Origin: an uncultured bacterium
Lineage (GTDB): Bacteria; Krumholzibacteriota; Krumholzibacteriia; LZORAL124-64-63
Reading direction: 5' to 3'
Length of the DNA stretch: 64,000 bases
Assembly (NCBI GenBank): GCA_963732385.1
Contig: CAVSZB010000007.1
Coordinates: 1,408,001-1,472,000, forward strand
The translations under genes were made by a program, and so were the position numbers. The notes under the pieces were generated by a model. The model searched no databases, was not told the origin of the DNA, and saw nothing but the letters and a program-made list of their open reading frames with translations. Positions 1 through 10,291 of this stretch are shown one piece after another. The stretch's first letter is position 1; every line of letters starts with the position of its first letter.

Positions 1-623
1 TCGTGGCGCGCCACGGCGGCCGCCAGTTCCCGCTCGCTCGCGTCCAGCGCAGCCCGGGCGGCGGGGCCGGCGCCCCGCAACAGCGGCTGGCGCAGCTCGA
101 GCCGTCCGGCGGCGTCGTATTCCGGATTCAGCGAGGCGAACGCATTGTTGGTCTCGCGCCTGACGCTGGTGAGCGAGCCGGTCAGCTGCGTGCCCCAGCG
201 CGCCCGCCAGCGGGCTCCCAAAGCGCCGCTGGTCTCGTCGGTCGTGAGCACATCAGCCCCGGCGAACAGCGAGGCGGTCGGCGTGTCGGCACTCAGCCGC
301 TTCCACTCCCCGAACAGCTCGGGGTCGAAGGCGCCCCGCTCCCGGCGCACCGCGGCGCGCGCGGCGGCGAGCATGGCCCGCGCACTCCGCGCGTCGGTCG
401 AACCGTCGGCCGCCTCGATCAGCGCCCGCTCGAGCGTCAGCGGCGCCCCTTCGATGCGCGCAAGCGCGTTGACCAGGGCGCTGTCGGGATTGCTCTCCAA
501 CGGCACGGCGGTCCGGGCGCCAGGAGCCAGACCGGCCAGGCAGGCCGCCGCGACGACAGCCGCGGCGAAACCGACCGGTCGCACCCCGGAACGCAGCATA
601 GGGAGTCGCGAGGTCACGATCAT
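1..623 (-). CDS. TolC-family outer membrane efflux protein, 5' part (runs off the window start)
   Basis: Not in the ORF track. Manual translation from the ATG at 623 gives MIVTSRLPMLRSG...signal-like AAAVVAAACLAG...PLTLERALIEAA...ERGAFDPELF...NNAFASLNPEY...LELRQPLLRG. LTLxxA, FDPxL and LxQPLLRG are typical OEP/TolC motifs. Confidence 0.75.
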   Translation of the reverse strand, partial: MIVTSRLPMLRSGVRPVGFAAAVVAAACLAGLAPGARTAVPLESNPDSALVNALARIEGAPLTLERALIEAADGSTDARSARAMLAAARAAVRRERGAFDPELFGEWKRLSADTPTASLFAGADVLTTDETSGALGARWRARWGTQLTGSLTSVRRETNNAFASLNPEYDAAGRLELRQPLLRGAGPAARAALDASERELAAAVARH

Positions 624-893
624 GGAGACAGGCCTCCGAAGGGGGTGGGCTGGCAACGCGGGCAGGCAGCCGCCGCCGGAATAATCCGGCAAGTATAACC
701 ACACAACGTGGCAAACGCACGCCGGGAGAGGGTCTTGCGATGAGAACTCCAATCAGATTTCAGCCCCGGCTCGCCGAGGGCTGAACGCCCCCCTGCAGAC
801 TGAAACCGTGCCGACGTGCTAACGTGCTCCGGTCCGGCCGGCCGGCCGGAGCAACCTGCCGGTCATCCGCGACGCCAACCCCGGAGGCCCCCC

Positions 894-2639
894 ATGTCCA
901 GCCTCATCCGCGCCCACGGCCCACTCATTGCCCTGCTGCTCGGAGGTTGCCTCATGACCGCCGCGGCCGCCACCGGCGCCGACCGCCCCACCGGACGGCC
1001 GTTCGCCACCCGCTCGCCGGTTCTGGCCACGCACGGCATGGTCTGCGCCAGCCAGCCGCTGGCCGCGCAGATCGGACTCGACATCCTGCGGCGGGGCGGC
1101 TCGGCCGTGGACGCGGCCATCGCCGTCGATGCGGCGCTCGGCCTGATGGAGCCGACGAGCTGCGGGGTCGGCGGCGACCTGTTCGCCATCGTCTGGGACA
1201 CGCGCAGCGGCCGCCTGTACGGCCTCAACGCCAGCGGCCGCGCACCGCAAGCCATGACCATCGCGCGACTGCGCGCCGCCGGCATCGTCGACCGCCTGCC
1301 CGATTACGGCCCCTTCACCGTGACCGTGCCGGGCTGCGTGGACGGCTGGAGCTCGCTGCACGCGCGGTTCGGCCGGCTGCCCCTGCGCGAGCTGCTCGCC
1401 CCCGCGATCGGCTACGCGCGCGACGGCTTCCCGGTCACGCCGGTCATCGCCCACTACTGGGCGCTGAGCGCAACGCGATATCCCGAGTCTCCCCGCTTCG
1501 CGGCCACCTTCCTGCCGGGCGGCCGCGCGCCACGGGCCGGTGAGCTGTTCCGCAACCCCGATCTCGCCGCCACGCTCGAGACGATCGCCGGCGGCGGCCG
1601 CGACGCCTTCTACGCCGGCGACCTGGCGCGGCGCATCGCTGGCTGCGTGCAGGAGGCGGGCGGCTGGCTGACCGTTGAGGATCTCGCCGCGAACCGCCCG
1701 CAGTGGGTCGATCCCATCGCCACCGCCTACCGCGGCTACGACGTCTGGGAGCTGCCGCCCAACGGCCAGGGGGCCTGCGTCCTGCAGATGCTCAACCTGC
1801 TCGAGCCGTACGACCTCGCGCGGCTCGGCTTCGGCTCGGCCGAGCATCTCCACCTGCTGGCCGAGGTGAAGAAGATCGTCTACGCGGACCGCGCCGTGTT
1901 CTACGCCGACCCGGTGTTCGCCGGGCTGCCGCTGGCGCGACTGCTGAGCCGCGACTACGCGCGCGGGCGGCTTACGCTCTACGATCCGCAGCACGCCGCG
2001 CTCGCGGTGCCTCCCGGCGACCTGCCGTTGCGCCGGCTCGGCGCCCCGCCGGAGCACAATGACACCGTGTACCTGACGGTCGTCGACGCCGACCGCAACG
2101 CCGTTTCCCTCATCCAGAGCAACTACGCCGGCTTCGGCAGCGGCCTCGTGCCGGAGGGGGCCGGCTTCGGGCTGCAGAACCGCGGCAACCTCTTCGCGCT
2201 CGACCCGGCGCACGCCAACGCCCTCGCCCCCGGCAAGCGCCCGTTCCACACCATCATCCCGGCCATGGTGACGAAGGACGGCCGCGCCGTCTTCTCGTTC
2301 GGCGTCATGGGCGGCGACATGCAGCCGCAGGGGCATGTCGAGGTGCTGTGCAACATCCTCGACTTCGGCATGGACGTACAGGAGGCGGGCGACGCTCCGC
2401 GCCTGCGCCACACCGGCTCGCAGGAGCCGACCGGCGAGACGATGACCGACGGCGGGCTGCTGCATCTCGAGCGCGGCTTCGCTCCGGAAGTGGTGGCCGA
2501 GTTGCAGCGCCGCGGCCACCGATTCGGCGATCCCGCGGTCTCCTACGGCGGCTATCAGGGGATCTGGATCGACTGGGAGCTCGGCGTCCTGCGCGGCGGC
2601 AGCGAATCGCGCAACGACGGCTGCGCCGTCGGTTACTGA
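894..2639 (+). CDS. ggt: gamma-glutamyltransferase (signal peptide)
   Basis: GGSAVDAAIA, EPTSCGVGGDLF, ELPPNGQG, catalytic Thr in NDTVYLTVVD, PGKRPFHTIIP, GGDMQPQGH. GGAGG RBS at 883-887 precedes the ATG at 894. Confidence 0.93.
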   Translation: MSSLIRAHGPLIALLLGGCLMTAAAATGADRPTGRPFATRSPVLATHGMVCASQPLAAQIGLDILRRGGSAVDAAIAVDAALGLMEPTSCGVGGDLFAIVWDTRSGRLYGLNASGRAPQAMTIARLRAAGIVDRLPDYGPFTVTVPGCVDGWSSLHARFGRLPLRELLAPAIGYARDGFPVTPVIAHYWALSATRYPESPRFAATFLPGGRAPRAGELFRNPDLAATLETIAGGGRDAFYAGDLARRIAGCVQEAGGWLTVEDLAANRPQWVDPIATAYRGYDVWELPPNGQGACVLQMLNLLEPYDLARLGFGSAEHLHLLAEVKKIVYADRAVFYADPVFAGLPLARLLSRDYARGRLTLYDPQHAALAVPPGDLPLRRLGAPPEHNDTVYLTVVDADRNAVSLIQSNYAGFGSGLVPEGAGFGLQNRGNLFALDPAHANALAPGKRPFHTIIPAMVTKDGRAVFSFGVMGGDMQPQGHVEVLCNILDFGMDVQEAGDAPRLRHTGSQEPTGETMTDGGLLHLERGFAPEVVAELQRRGHRFGDPAVSYGGYQGIWIDWELGVLRGGSESRNDGCAVGY

Positions 2640-2762
2640 CGGCGCGCCCGAGACGATGACGCCGGAGCCACCGCCCCCCGCGATCTCCCCGTTCCCCCGC
2701 GCCCGCGGCGGTGTTATGGTCCGCGCGGAATATCCGTCCGGAAACCGCGCCAGGGAGAGGTC

Positions 2763-3200
2763 ATGTCCCGCCTGAGACTGCAGCCGTTGCCCGCCTACAC
2801 GTCCGCCTGCGAAATCCGCGTGCGCACGACCGACCTCAACTACGGCGGCCATCTCGGCAACGACCGGCTGCTCGCGCTCGTGCACGAGGCGCGCGTGGAC
2901 TTCCTCGCCACGCACGACTGGTCGGAGCTGGACTGCGCCGGCGCGCAGCTGATCATGGCCGACGCGGCGATCGTCTTCCAGGCCGAGGCGTTCGCCGGCG
3001 ACCTGCTGCGCGTGGAAACGGCCGCTGGCGAGCCGACCCGCGTCGGCTTCCGGCTGTTCCACCGCCTGACCCGCCGGCCGGACGGCGCCGCGGTGGCGCT
3101 CGTCGAGACCGGTCTGGTCTGCTTCGACTACGCGGCCGGGCGGCCGGTGCCGCTGCCGGAGGCGGTGCGCGCCCTCTGCGCGACCGGCCCGGAAGCGTGA
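2763..3200 (+). CDS. acyl-CoA thioesterase (4HBT/hotdog family)
   Basis: VRTTDLNYGGHLGND motif; GGAGAGG RBS upstream. Confidence 0.85.
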   Translation: MSRLRLQPLPAYTSACEIRVRTTDLNYGGHLGNDRLLALVHEARVDFLATHDWSELDCAGAQLIMADAAIVFQAEAFAGDLLRVETAAGEPTRVGFRLFHRLTRRPDGAAVALVETGLVCFDYAAGRPVPLPEAVRALCATGPEA

Positions 3201-3205
3201 GCGCC

Positions 3206-4036
3206 ATGCCGACTCCCGAGCGTCTCACCAGCCTGCAGAATCCGCGCGTGAAGGAGCTGCTCGGCCTGCGCGACCGCCGTGACCGGGATGCGCGCGGCCT
3301 CACGCTGATCGAGGAGCCGCGCGTGATCCGACGCGCACGCCGCGCCGGCTATCCGTTCATCGAGGTCTGGTACTGCCCCGAACTGCTCGACACGGTCGAT
3401 CCCGGGTTGCTGGAGTTCCTGCGCGCCGGCGAGCCGTTCGCGGCCATCGAGGTCAATCAACCGGTGATGGCGAAGATCGCCTACAAGGAGAAGCCGGAGG
3501 GAGTGCTGGTGGTGGCGCCGCAGCAGCGCCTGACGCTCGACCGGCTGACCCTGCCGGAGGCGCCGCTGCTGCTGGTGCTCGAGGCGGTGGAAAAACCGGG
3601 CAACCTCGGCGCCATCCTGCGCGTGGCCGACGGCGCCGGCGCCGACGCCGTCATCGTCTGCGACCCCGGCACCGACATCTTCAATCCCAACGTCCTGCGC
3701 GCCTCCACGGGCGCCTTCTTCACCGTGCCGGTCGTGGAGGAGGACGCCAGCCGCGTCCGCTCCTGGCTGCGCGAAAAGCGGATCCGCGGCGTGGCCACCA
3801 CCCCCGCCGCCGCCGCCCCCTACACCGACGCGGACCTGCGCGGCCCCGTTGCCATCCTGCTCGGCGCCGAGGACCGCGGCCTGTCCGACGAGTGGCTGAT
3901 GCGCGCCGATCTGCAGGTGCGCATCCCGATGCGCGGCGAAGCCGATTCGCTCAACGTCTCGGTCACGGCCGCCCTGATGGCCTACGAGGCGATGCGGCAG
4001 CGCCAACTGCCGCCGGGATCCGACCGCACCGGCTGA
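3206..4036 (+). CDS. TrmH/SpoU-family RNA 2'-O-methyltransferase
   Basis: TSLQNPRVK, EKPGNLGAILR, LGAEDRGLS, IPMRGEADSLNVS (SPOUT motifs). Start taken at the ATG at 3206 inside ORF 2711..4036. Confidence 0.9.
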   Translation: MPTPERLTSLQNPRVKELLGLRDRRDRDARGLTLIEEPRVIRRARRAGYPFIEVWYCPELLDTVDPGLLEFLRAGEPFAAIEVNQPVMAKIAYKEKPEGVLVVAPQQRLTLDRLTLPEAPLLLVLEAVEKPGNLGAILRVADGAGADAVIVCDPGTDIFNPNVLRASTGAFFTVPVVEEDASRVRSWLREKRIRGVATTPAAAAPYTDADLRGPVAILLGAEDRGLSDEWLMRADLQVRIPMRGEADSLNVSVTAALMAYEAMRQRQLPPGSDRTG

Positions 4037-4041
4037 CGGCA

Positions 4042-7000
4042 TCAGACAGCACGTGTCGCGGCCGCCACCGTCCGCCGCTCCAGAGCGTGCCACAGCACCG
4101 GCAGCACGATCAGCGTCAGCAGCGTCGAGGTCACGATCCCCCCCATCACGATCGCCGCCAGCGGCTTCTGGATGTCGGCGCCGGAGCCGGTCGCCAGCAG
4201 CATCGGCAGGTGCCCGATGAAGCTGGTGAGCGCGGTCATGAAGAGCGGCTTGAAGCGCAGGTCGCACCCCTCCACCACCGCCTCGGCCGGCGTGCGTCCC
4301 GCCTCGCGCAACTGACGCAGGAACGCCAGCAGCACCACGCCGTTCTGCACCGCGATGCCGAGCAGGACGATGAACGCCACCGCCGCCGACACCGACAGGT
4401 GCATCCGCAGGGCGACGGCCGCCGCCACCCCCCCCACGAGCGCGAACGGCAGGTTGAGGATCACGAGCAGCGCATTGCGCGCCGAACCGAGCGCCCCGTA
4501 CAGCAGCCCGGCGATCAGCACCAGCGCCAGCGGCAGCACCAGGGCGAGCTGCCGCATCGCCCGCTGCTGGTTCTCGAACTGGCCGCCGTAGGCGAGCCAG
4601 TAGCCGGGCGGCAGCCCCGCCTCCACCTCGCTAAGGCGGGCCCGCACGTCGGCCACGAAGCCGCCCAGGTCGCGCCCGCGCACGTTCGCCTCTACGACGA
4701 CCCGTCGCGCGCCGTTCTCCCGGCTCACCTGCGCCGGCCCCTCCCGCGGGACGAAGCGCGCCACCTGCCCCAGCGGCACCCGCTCGCCCCCCGGCCCGAC
4801 CAGCAGCAGCCCGGCCAGCGCGGCCACATCGCCCCGATCCGCCTCGGGGTAGCGCACCACGATCGGATGACGGCGCTCCCCCTCCACCAGCGTGCCCACC
4901 TGCCGCCCCGCCACCCCCACCGCGAGCAGCTCGCCCAGGTCGGCGGCGTTCAGGCCGTAGCGCGCCAGCGCGTGCCGGTCCGGCTCGACGACCAGCTCGG
5001 TCATGCCGGCCACCTGCTCCACCTTGACGTCGCCGGCCCCCGGCACGTCCATCAGGATGGCCGCGGTGCGGTCTGCGATCTCCTTCAGCCGCCCCAGATC
5101 CGGCCCGAACACCTTTACCGCCAGATCGCTCTTCACGCCGGAGATCAACTCGTTCACCCGCAGGGCGATCGGCTGGGAAAACGAGTAGCGCAGCCCCGGC
5201 ACGCGCGACAGTTCGGCGTTCATCGCCGCCACGAGCGCGTCGCGGTCGCGTCCGGCGCCCCACTGGCGACGCGGCTTGAGCATGACGAACAGGTCGGTCT
5301 GCTCCGGCCCCATCGGATCCTCGGAGATCTCCGCCCGCCCGCTCTTGGCCACCACCGTGGCCACCTCCGGGAAGCGCAGCAGCCGTCGCTCCAGCTCCCC
5401 CGCCACCGCCACCGACCCGGCGAGCGAGGCGTTGGGCAGCCGCACGACATTGATCGCCAGCGCCCCCTCGTCGAGCGTCGGGATGAACTCCGTGCCGAGC
5501 CGCGGCACCAGCGCCACCGCCGGCAGCAGGGTCGCCAGCGCCAGCGCCAGGGTGAGGCGCGGCCGCGCCAGGGCTCCCCGCAGCAGCACGAGGTAGCCGT
5601 TGTGGAAGCGCCGCACGACGCCGAACTCCCGCTCCGGTCGCCGCGCCAGGAAAGTCTCCGCCAGCACCGGAATCACGGTCAGCGCCACCGCGAGCGAGGC
5701 GAGCAGGGCGAACAGCAGCGTCAGCGCGAGGGGACGGAACATCTTCCCCTCGACCCCCTGCAGCGTCAGCAGCGGCACCAGCACCAGCGCCATGATCAGC
5801 ACCGAGAAGGCGACCGGCCGCGCCACCTCCGTCAGCGCCGCCACCGCCACCTCGCGGCGCGACCGTTCCGGCGCGGCCCGCGCCAGGTGCCGACGCACGT
5901 TCTCCACGATGACGATCGAGGCGTCGACCACCATGCCGACCGAAAACGCCAGACCGCCCAGGCTCATCAGGTTAGCCGAGAAGCCGGCGGCCCCCATGAT
6001 CAGGAACGCCACGAGGAAGGTCAGCGGCAGCGAAAGCACGACGATCAGCGCCGTGCGCACCTCGGCCAGGAACAGGCAGAGCACCAGGATCACGAACAGG
6101 CCACCCAGCAGCAGCGCGTCGGTGACCGTGCGCACGCACGCCTCGATCAGTCCGGTGCGGTCGTAGAAGACGTCCAGCCGCGCTCCGGCCGGCAGCGCCG
6201 CGCCGATGGCCGCCACCGCCGCCTTGACCCGCTCCACGACCGTGCGCGAGTTCTCGCCGCGCAGCATGATGACCATGCCGGCGACCGTTTCGCCGCGCGC
6301 GTCGCGGGTGACCGCCCCCTGCCGGGTCATCGCCCCCTCGAAAACCTCGGCCACGTCGCCCACCGTGACCGCCGCCCCGTCCCGCGCGCGCAGCACGACC
6401 CGGCCGATGTCGTCGACGCTGCCGAACAGGAGATGGCCGAGCACGTAGGTCTGTTCCCAGCCGTGCACGATGAAGCCGGCGCCGACGTTGGCGTTGTCGC
6501 GCGCCAGCGCCTCCACGACGTCTCGCGGCGTCAGGCCGTACTCGGCGAGCCGCCCCGGCTGCAGGCGCACGTCGACCTGCCGCACCAGCCCGCCGAAGCT
6601 GTTCACCTCGGTCACGCCGCTCACGGCGCGCAGCCGCGGCGCCACGAGCCAGTCCTGGATCGCCCGCCGCTCGGTCAGGGTGAGACTGTCCCCCTCCACG
6701 GTGTACTGGAAGATCTCGCCGAGGCCGGTGCTCAGCGGCGCCAGCTCCGGCTCGAGCCCCGCCGGCAGCGCCTCGCGCGCCTCCTGCAGCCGCTCGAACA
6801 CGACCTGCCGCGCGAACCACGGGTCGGTGCCGTCGGTAAACACCACCACCACCTGAGACAGCCCGGCCCGCGACAGCGACCGCACCAGTTGCAGCCGCGG
6901 CAGCCCCCCCATGCGCTGCTCGAGCGGGTACGAGACCCGCTGCTCGACCTCCTCGGCGCCGAGCCCCTCGGCCCGGGTCAGGACCATCACCTGCACGTTG

Positions 7001-7125
7001 GTAACGTCCGGGAAGGCATCCACCGGCAGGCGCTGCCAGACGGCCGCGCCGACCGCGGCGATCAGCGCGCCGCACACCAGCACCGGCCAGCGACGCGCCA
7101 GCAGGGCGACAAACCAGCGATTCAT
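4042..7125 (-). CDS. czcA: CusA/CzcA-family heavy-metal RND efflux permease
   Basis: LPVDAFPDVTNVQV, STGLGEIFQY, ANLMSLGGLA, GMVVDASIVIVEN, QGVEGKMFRPLA, GADIQKPLA. Start MNRWF at 7125 with GGAGG RBS. Confidence 0.92.
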   Translation of the reverse strand: MNRWFVALLARRWPVLVCGALIAAVGAAVWQRLPVDAFPDVTNVQVMVLTRAEGLGAEEVEQRVSYPLEQRMGGLPRLQLVRSLSRAGLSQVVVVFTDGTDPWFARQVVFERLQEAREALPAGLEPELAPLSTGLGEIFQYTVEGDSLTLTERRAIQDWLVAPRLRAVSGVTEVNSFGGLVRQVDVRLQPGRLAEYGLTPRDVVEALARDNANVGAGFIVHGWEQTYVLGHLLFGSVDDIGRVVLRARDGAAVTVGDVAEVFEGAMTRQGAVTRDARGETVAGMVIMLRGENSRTVVERVKAAVAAIGAALPAGARLDVFYDRTGLIEACVRTVTDALLLGGLFVILVLCLFLAEVRTALIVVLSLPLTFLVAFLIMGAAGFSANLMSLGGLAFSVGMVVDASIVIVENVRRHLARAAPERSRREVAVAALTEVARPVAFSVLIMALVLVPLLTLQGVEGKMFRPLALTLLFALLASLAVALTVIPVLAETFLARRPEREFGVVRRFHNGYLVLLRGALARPRLTLALALATLLPAVALVPRLGTEFIPTLDEGALAINVVRLPNASLAGSVAVAGELERRLLRFPEVATVVAKSGRAEISEDPMGPEQTDLFVMLKPRRQWGAGRDRDALVAAMNAELSRVPGLRYSFSQPIALRVNELISGVKSDLAVKVFGPDLGRLKEIADRTAAILMDVPGAGDVKVEQVAGMTELVVEPDRHALARYGLNAADLGELLAVGVAGRQVGTLVEGERRHPIVVRYPEADRGDVAALAGLLLVGPGGERVPLGQVARFVPREGPAQVSRENGARRVVVEANVRGRDLGGFVADVRARLSEVEAGLPPGYWLAYGGQFENQQRAMRQLALVLPLALVLIAGLLYGALGSARNALLVILNLPFALVGGVAAAVALRMHLSVSAAVAFIVLLGIAVQNGVVLLAFLRQLREAGRTPAEAVVEGCDLRFKPLFMTALTSFIGHLPMLLATGSGADIQKPLAAIVMGGIVTSTLLTLIVLPVLWHALERRTVAAATRAV

Positions 7126-7147
7126 CGGCGTCGTCCTCCGGTACGGG

Positions 7148-8478
7148 TCAGTCGGCACAGCCGGCGCCCATCTTGGCGCGCAGCACATCGGACTTGAGCA
7201 GGAACGCGCCGCGTGCGGCCACGACCTGGCCCGGCGCCAGCCCGCCGGCGATCTCCACCCACCCGCCCTCCGCGCGGCCGGTCGTGACCGGCCGGCGCAG
7301 GAAGTACCCCGGCCGCGCCGCCACGAAGACGAAGGAGCGCCCCGCGTCCTCGAGCACCGCCTCGGCCGGCACGGCGAGGGCACGCGCGGCGCCCGGCAGC
7401 CGCAGGCGGACATGCGCGAACATCCCCGGACGCAGCAGCCCCTCCGCGTTGTCCACGACGATGCGCGCCCGCGCGGTGCGGGTGCTCGCGTCGAGCGTGC
7501 CGCCAATGGTGTCGAGCCGCCCCTTCAGCACCCGGTCCGGCGCAAAGTGCAACGTCACCTCCGCCGGCACCTCCCCCGCCGCGCGCGCCGCCAGCAGCGG
7601 CCCGATCTCGTGCTCGCGCAGGTTCGCCAGCACCCACATCCTGGAGACGTCCGCCACCAGCAGCAGCGGCTGGTCCGCCGTCACCTGCCGGCCCGGTCCG
7701 AGCTCGCGCTCGAGCACGGTCCCGCCCAGCGGGGCCGTCACGGTCAGGAGCGGCGCGCCGTCGGGGTCGCGCGCGAGCGCCTCCAGCCCCGCCGCGTCCA
7801 GGCCGTGCGCCCGCATCCGCTCCGCCGCGGCCATCTCGGCGGCCGCTGCGCGCGCCCGCTCCGCCTCCGCCTCCAGCAGGTCCTTCCGCGGGCAGATCCC
7901 CTGCGCGTGGAGCTCGGCCTCGCGCGCCGCCGCCGCCCGCGCCAGCGCGTGCCCCGCCCGCGCCTGCAGCCAGACCGCCCGCTCCTGTGCCCAGGCGGGG
8001 CTGGCGATCCGCAGCAGCGGCTGTCCCCGCTGCACGACGCTCCCCACGTCCACCAGCACCTCGCGCACCGTGCCGTCCGCGCGCGACGTCACCCGCACGG
8101 CCCGCTCCGCGTCGAGCTGCGCCTCGCCGTCCAGCTCGAGCACCGCCGGCAACCCCCGCTCCGTCACCGTGACGGTCTGCAGCAGTCCGTCCGGCCCCGC
8201 GAGCGCCGAGTCCACCTTCACCAGGCCCAGTTCGTAGCGGCACTCGTCGCAGCTGTGCTGGGCGATGTCGTGCTCGCAGACGGCCGCGAACAACTCCGCC
8301 TCGCCGCGGTCCAGGTCGGATGTCTCCACCGCGGCCCCGGCGCCCGGCTCCGGCGCGCGCGCCGTCCCGTCCGCCGCGTTCCCGCGCGCGCCGCAGCCGC
8401 CCCCCCCGCCGCCGCCGCGGCGAGCCACAGCGCCGCCGCCGCCAGGCGGCAATATCCGTGCTTGATGGCGATCGTCAT
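7148..8478 (-). CDS. czcB: CzcB-type RND periplasmic adaptor (lipoprotein); apparent 1-nt frameshift in a G8 run at 8400-8407
   Basis: MFP motifs VDVGSVVQRGQPL, TAPLGGTVLER, LDASTRTARARI, LLRPGMFA. The signal peptide MTIAIKHGYCRLAAAALWLAAAAAG begins at the ATG at 8478, which overlaps the czcC stop, and is out of frame with the downstream GGCG lipobox-like segment. Confidence 0.85.
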
Positions 8479-9737
8479 GGTGTCTCTCCCCCGGGCGCCG
8501 CCAGCGGCGTCCCCAGCAGTGATTCCAGTTCCAGACGCGCCGCGTGCAACGCCGCCAACGCCTCGAGCTGCCGCAGCCGCGCCGCCGCCAGCGTGCGGCG
8601 CGCATCGAGGGCATCGAGCAGTCCGAACTTGCCCCGCCGGTACCCCTCGTCCAGCGCCGCCCGCACCCGCGCCGCCTCCGGCACCACCGTCTCGCGCAGC
8701 ACCCGCTCCGCCGCGATCGCCGCATCCAGGTCGTCCCATGCCGCCAGCCGCGCCGCGCGCAGCCGGTCGCCAAGCGCCCGCAGCTCGTGCCGCGCCTGCG
8801 CCTCCCGCGCCGCCGCCTCCGCTACCGCCCCACCCCCACGGTCGAACAGCGGCAGCGGCAGCGCGACCGAAGCCACGAACGCCCGCTCCCCGCTCGCCGC
8901 GAACCGCCGCACCCCTCCCGCCGCCGTCGGATCGGGCCACCGCCCCGCCCGCGCCAGCCGCGCCAACGCCGCCTGCCGCGCCACCACCGCCTCCTGCCGC
9001 GCCAGCTCCGGATTCGCCGCGGTCCAGGCCGCCACTTCCGCGCGCGTCGGCGCGGCAATCCCCGTCACCAACTCCCCCGCCGCCCGCGTCGAGTCTCCCT
9101 CCGCCCCGCCCCACAACTCCGCCATCGCCGTACCAGCCCGACGCGTCCCGGCCACCGCCGCGTCCCGGTCGATCGCCGCCAGCGCCCGCTCCCCCCGCGC
9201 CCGCGACAACTCCACCGGCGACACCTCCCCCGCCCGCACGAGCGCCCCTACCGCCGCCGTCAACGAGTCAGCCACCGCCACCTCGCCATTGAGCAGCTCC
9301 ATCCGCCGCTGCGCCACCAGTTGCGCCACGAATCGCCGCTCGACCTCGCCGAGCAGATCGCGCCGCGCCGCCGCAAGGCCGGCCGCCGCCGCCTCCCGCC
9401 CCCGTCTTCCCGCCTCCGCCGCCGCCCCGCGCCGCGCGAGAAAGCCGAGGTTCTGCGCCAGCGACCAGGTCACTTCCGCCTCCCCCCACTGCGCCAGATC
9501 CCCCCCGAAGTTCTCCACCTCGAAGGACAGCTCAGGATTCGGCACCGCCCCCGCCTGCCGCGCCGCCCCCGCCGCCGCCGCCGAATCCGCCACCGCCGCC
9601 GCCAGCACCGGACTGTTGGCCAGCACGCGCGCCCGGCAGTCATGAAGGGTGAGTTGAACCTCGGCCCCGGCCACGGGCCCGGCAGTCAGCAGCCACCCCA
9701 GCACCACCCCGACCCGCCAACAGACATCCGCACGCAT
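8475..9737 (-). CDS. czcC: CzcC/TolC-family outer membrane channel
   Basis: Signal peptide, LTLHDC...NSP, QAGAVPNPELSFEVENFGG, LPLPLFDRG, GYRRGKFGLLDALDARR. Confidence 0.88.
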   Translation of the reverse strand: MRADVCWRVGVVLGWLLTAGPVAGAEVQLTLHDCRARVLANSPVLAAAVADSAAAAGAARQAGAVPNPELSFEVENFGGDLAQWGEAEVTWSLAQNLGFLARRGAAAEAGRRGREAAAAGLAAARRDLLGEVERRFVAQLVAQRRMELLNGEVAVADSLTAAVGALVRAGEVSPVELSRARGERALAAIDRDAAVAGTRRAGTAMAELWGGAEGDSTRAAGELVTGIAAPTRAEVAAWTAANPELARQEAVVARQAALARLARAGRWPDPTAAGGVRRFAASGERAFVASVALPLPLFDRGGGAVAEAAAREAQARHELRALGDRLRAARLAAWDDLDAAIAAERVLRETVVPEAARVRAALDEGYRRGKFGLLDALDARRTLAAARLRQLEALAALHAARLELESLLGTPLAAPGGETP

Positions 9738-9819
9738 CGCTGCCTCTTTTCGCGCACGAAGACATGACGCACCCGCGCGCCGCGCGCGGACGACCCTGTT
9801 CACGATGAGGTGCGGAAAA

Positions 9820-10239
9820 TCAGATACGCAGCACGCAGGAGCGCGCCGACAGGAAGAGGTCCGGCCCACTGCCGTCCCCCGCCCACCCCGGCACGTCCAC
9901 CACAGCAGAAGCAAACGGCGCCCCGACCACCGACGCCACCCCAGGCAGGACCCGCGCCCCGCCCCCCATCAACACCGCACTGAGCGAAACCGGCGAATCA
10001 CTGCATCCCTCGGCCGCCCCGACGAGACAAGCGTCACAACCGCCGCCACCCGGCGCATCCTCGCCCGCCGCCGCAGCCGGCGAACACCCCCGCCCCGCCA
10101 ACTCGACCGCCAGATGCCCTCCCGGCGCATGGCACAGCACGACCGGCATCGCCCCGGCCCCCAGCACGGCCAGAGCCGCCGCGAGCAAAAGCCCGCCGCC
10201 CCTCCGCCGCTGCCGCCGCTGTCCGTCCCTGAACGCCAT
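9820..10239 (-). CDS. small Cys/His-rich exported protein heading the czc operon (putative metal-binding)
   Basis: AGGAGG RBS, hydrophobic N-terminus, VLCHAPGGHLAVE, CDAC, CSD, and a hydrophobic C-terminus SCVLRI. Confidence 0.6.
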   Translation of the reverse strand: MAFRDGQRRQRRRGGGLLLAAALAVLGAGAMPVVLCHAPGGHLAVELAGRGCSPAAAAGEDAPGGGGCDACLVGAAEGCSDSPVSLSAVLMGGGARVLPGVASVVGAPFASAVVDVPGWAGDGSGPDLFLSARSCVLRI

Positions 10240-10262
10240 GCACCCTCCTGAGAAGACCCCCA

Positions 10263-10291
10263 ACGCTATGTCGCTCCGGTCCCAGCGTCAA
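10263..10291 (-). promoter_or_regulatory. putative sigma70 promoter of the czc block
   Basis: Minus strand reads TTGACG-N17-TAGCGT, 23 nt upstream of the ATG at 10239. Confidence 0.45.

Noticed and set aside
759..785. Hairpin TTCAGCCC...GGGCTGAA between divergent tolC and ggt
   Set aside because: It has no U-tract, lies between divergent starts, and I saw no second copy to call it a REP-like element. A function cannot be supported.
3892..7197. Very long antisense or alternate-frame ORFs (e.g. 3892..7197 +, 819..3062 -, 30957..33545 -, 35514..39365 -, 49182..51632 +)
   Set aside because: They are shadows of real genes in high-GC DNA, where stop codons are rare. They translate to Arg/Pro/Gly-rich text with no family motifs.
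8400..9620. Extended GCC/CCG low-complexity stretches resembling a microsatellite or array
   Set aside because: They are explained by Ala/Arg-rich coding of czcC with GCG codons. There is no spacer-repeat periodicity, so this is not a CRISPR array.
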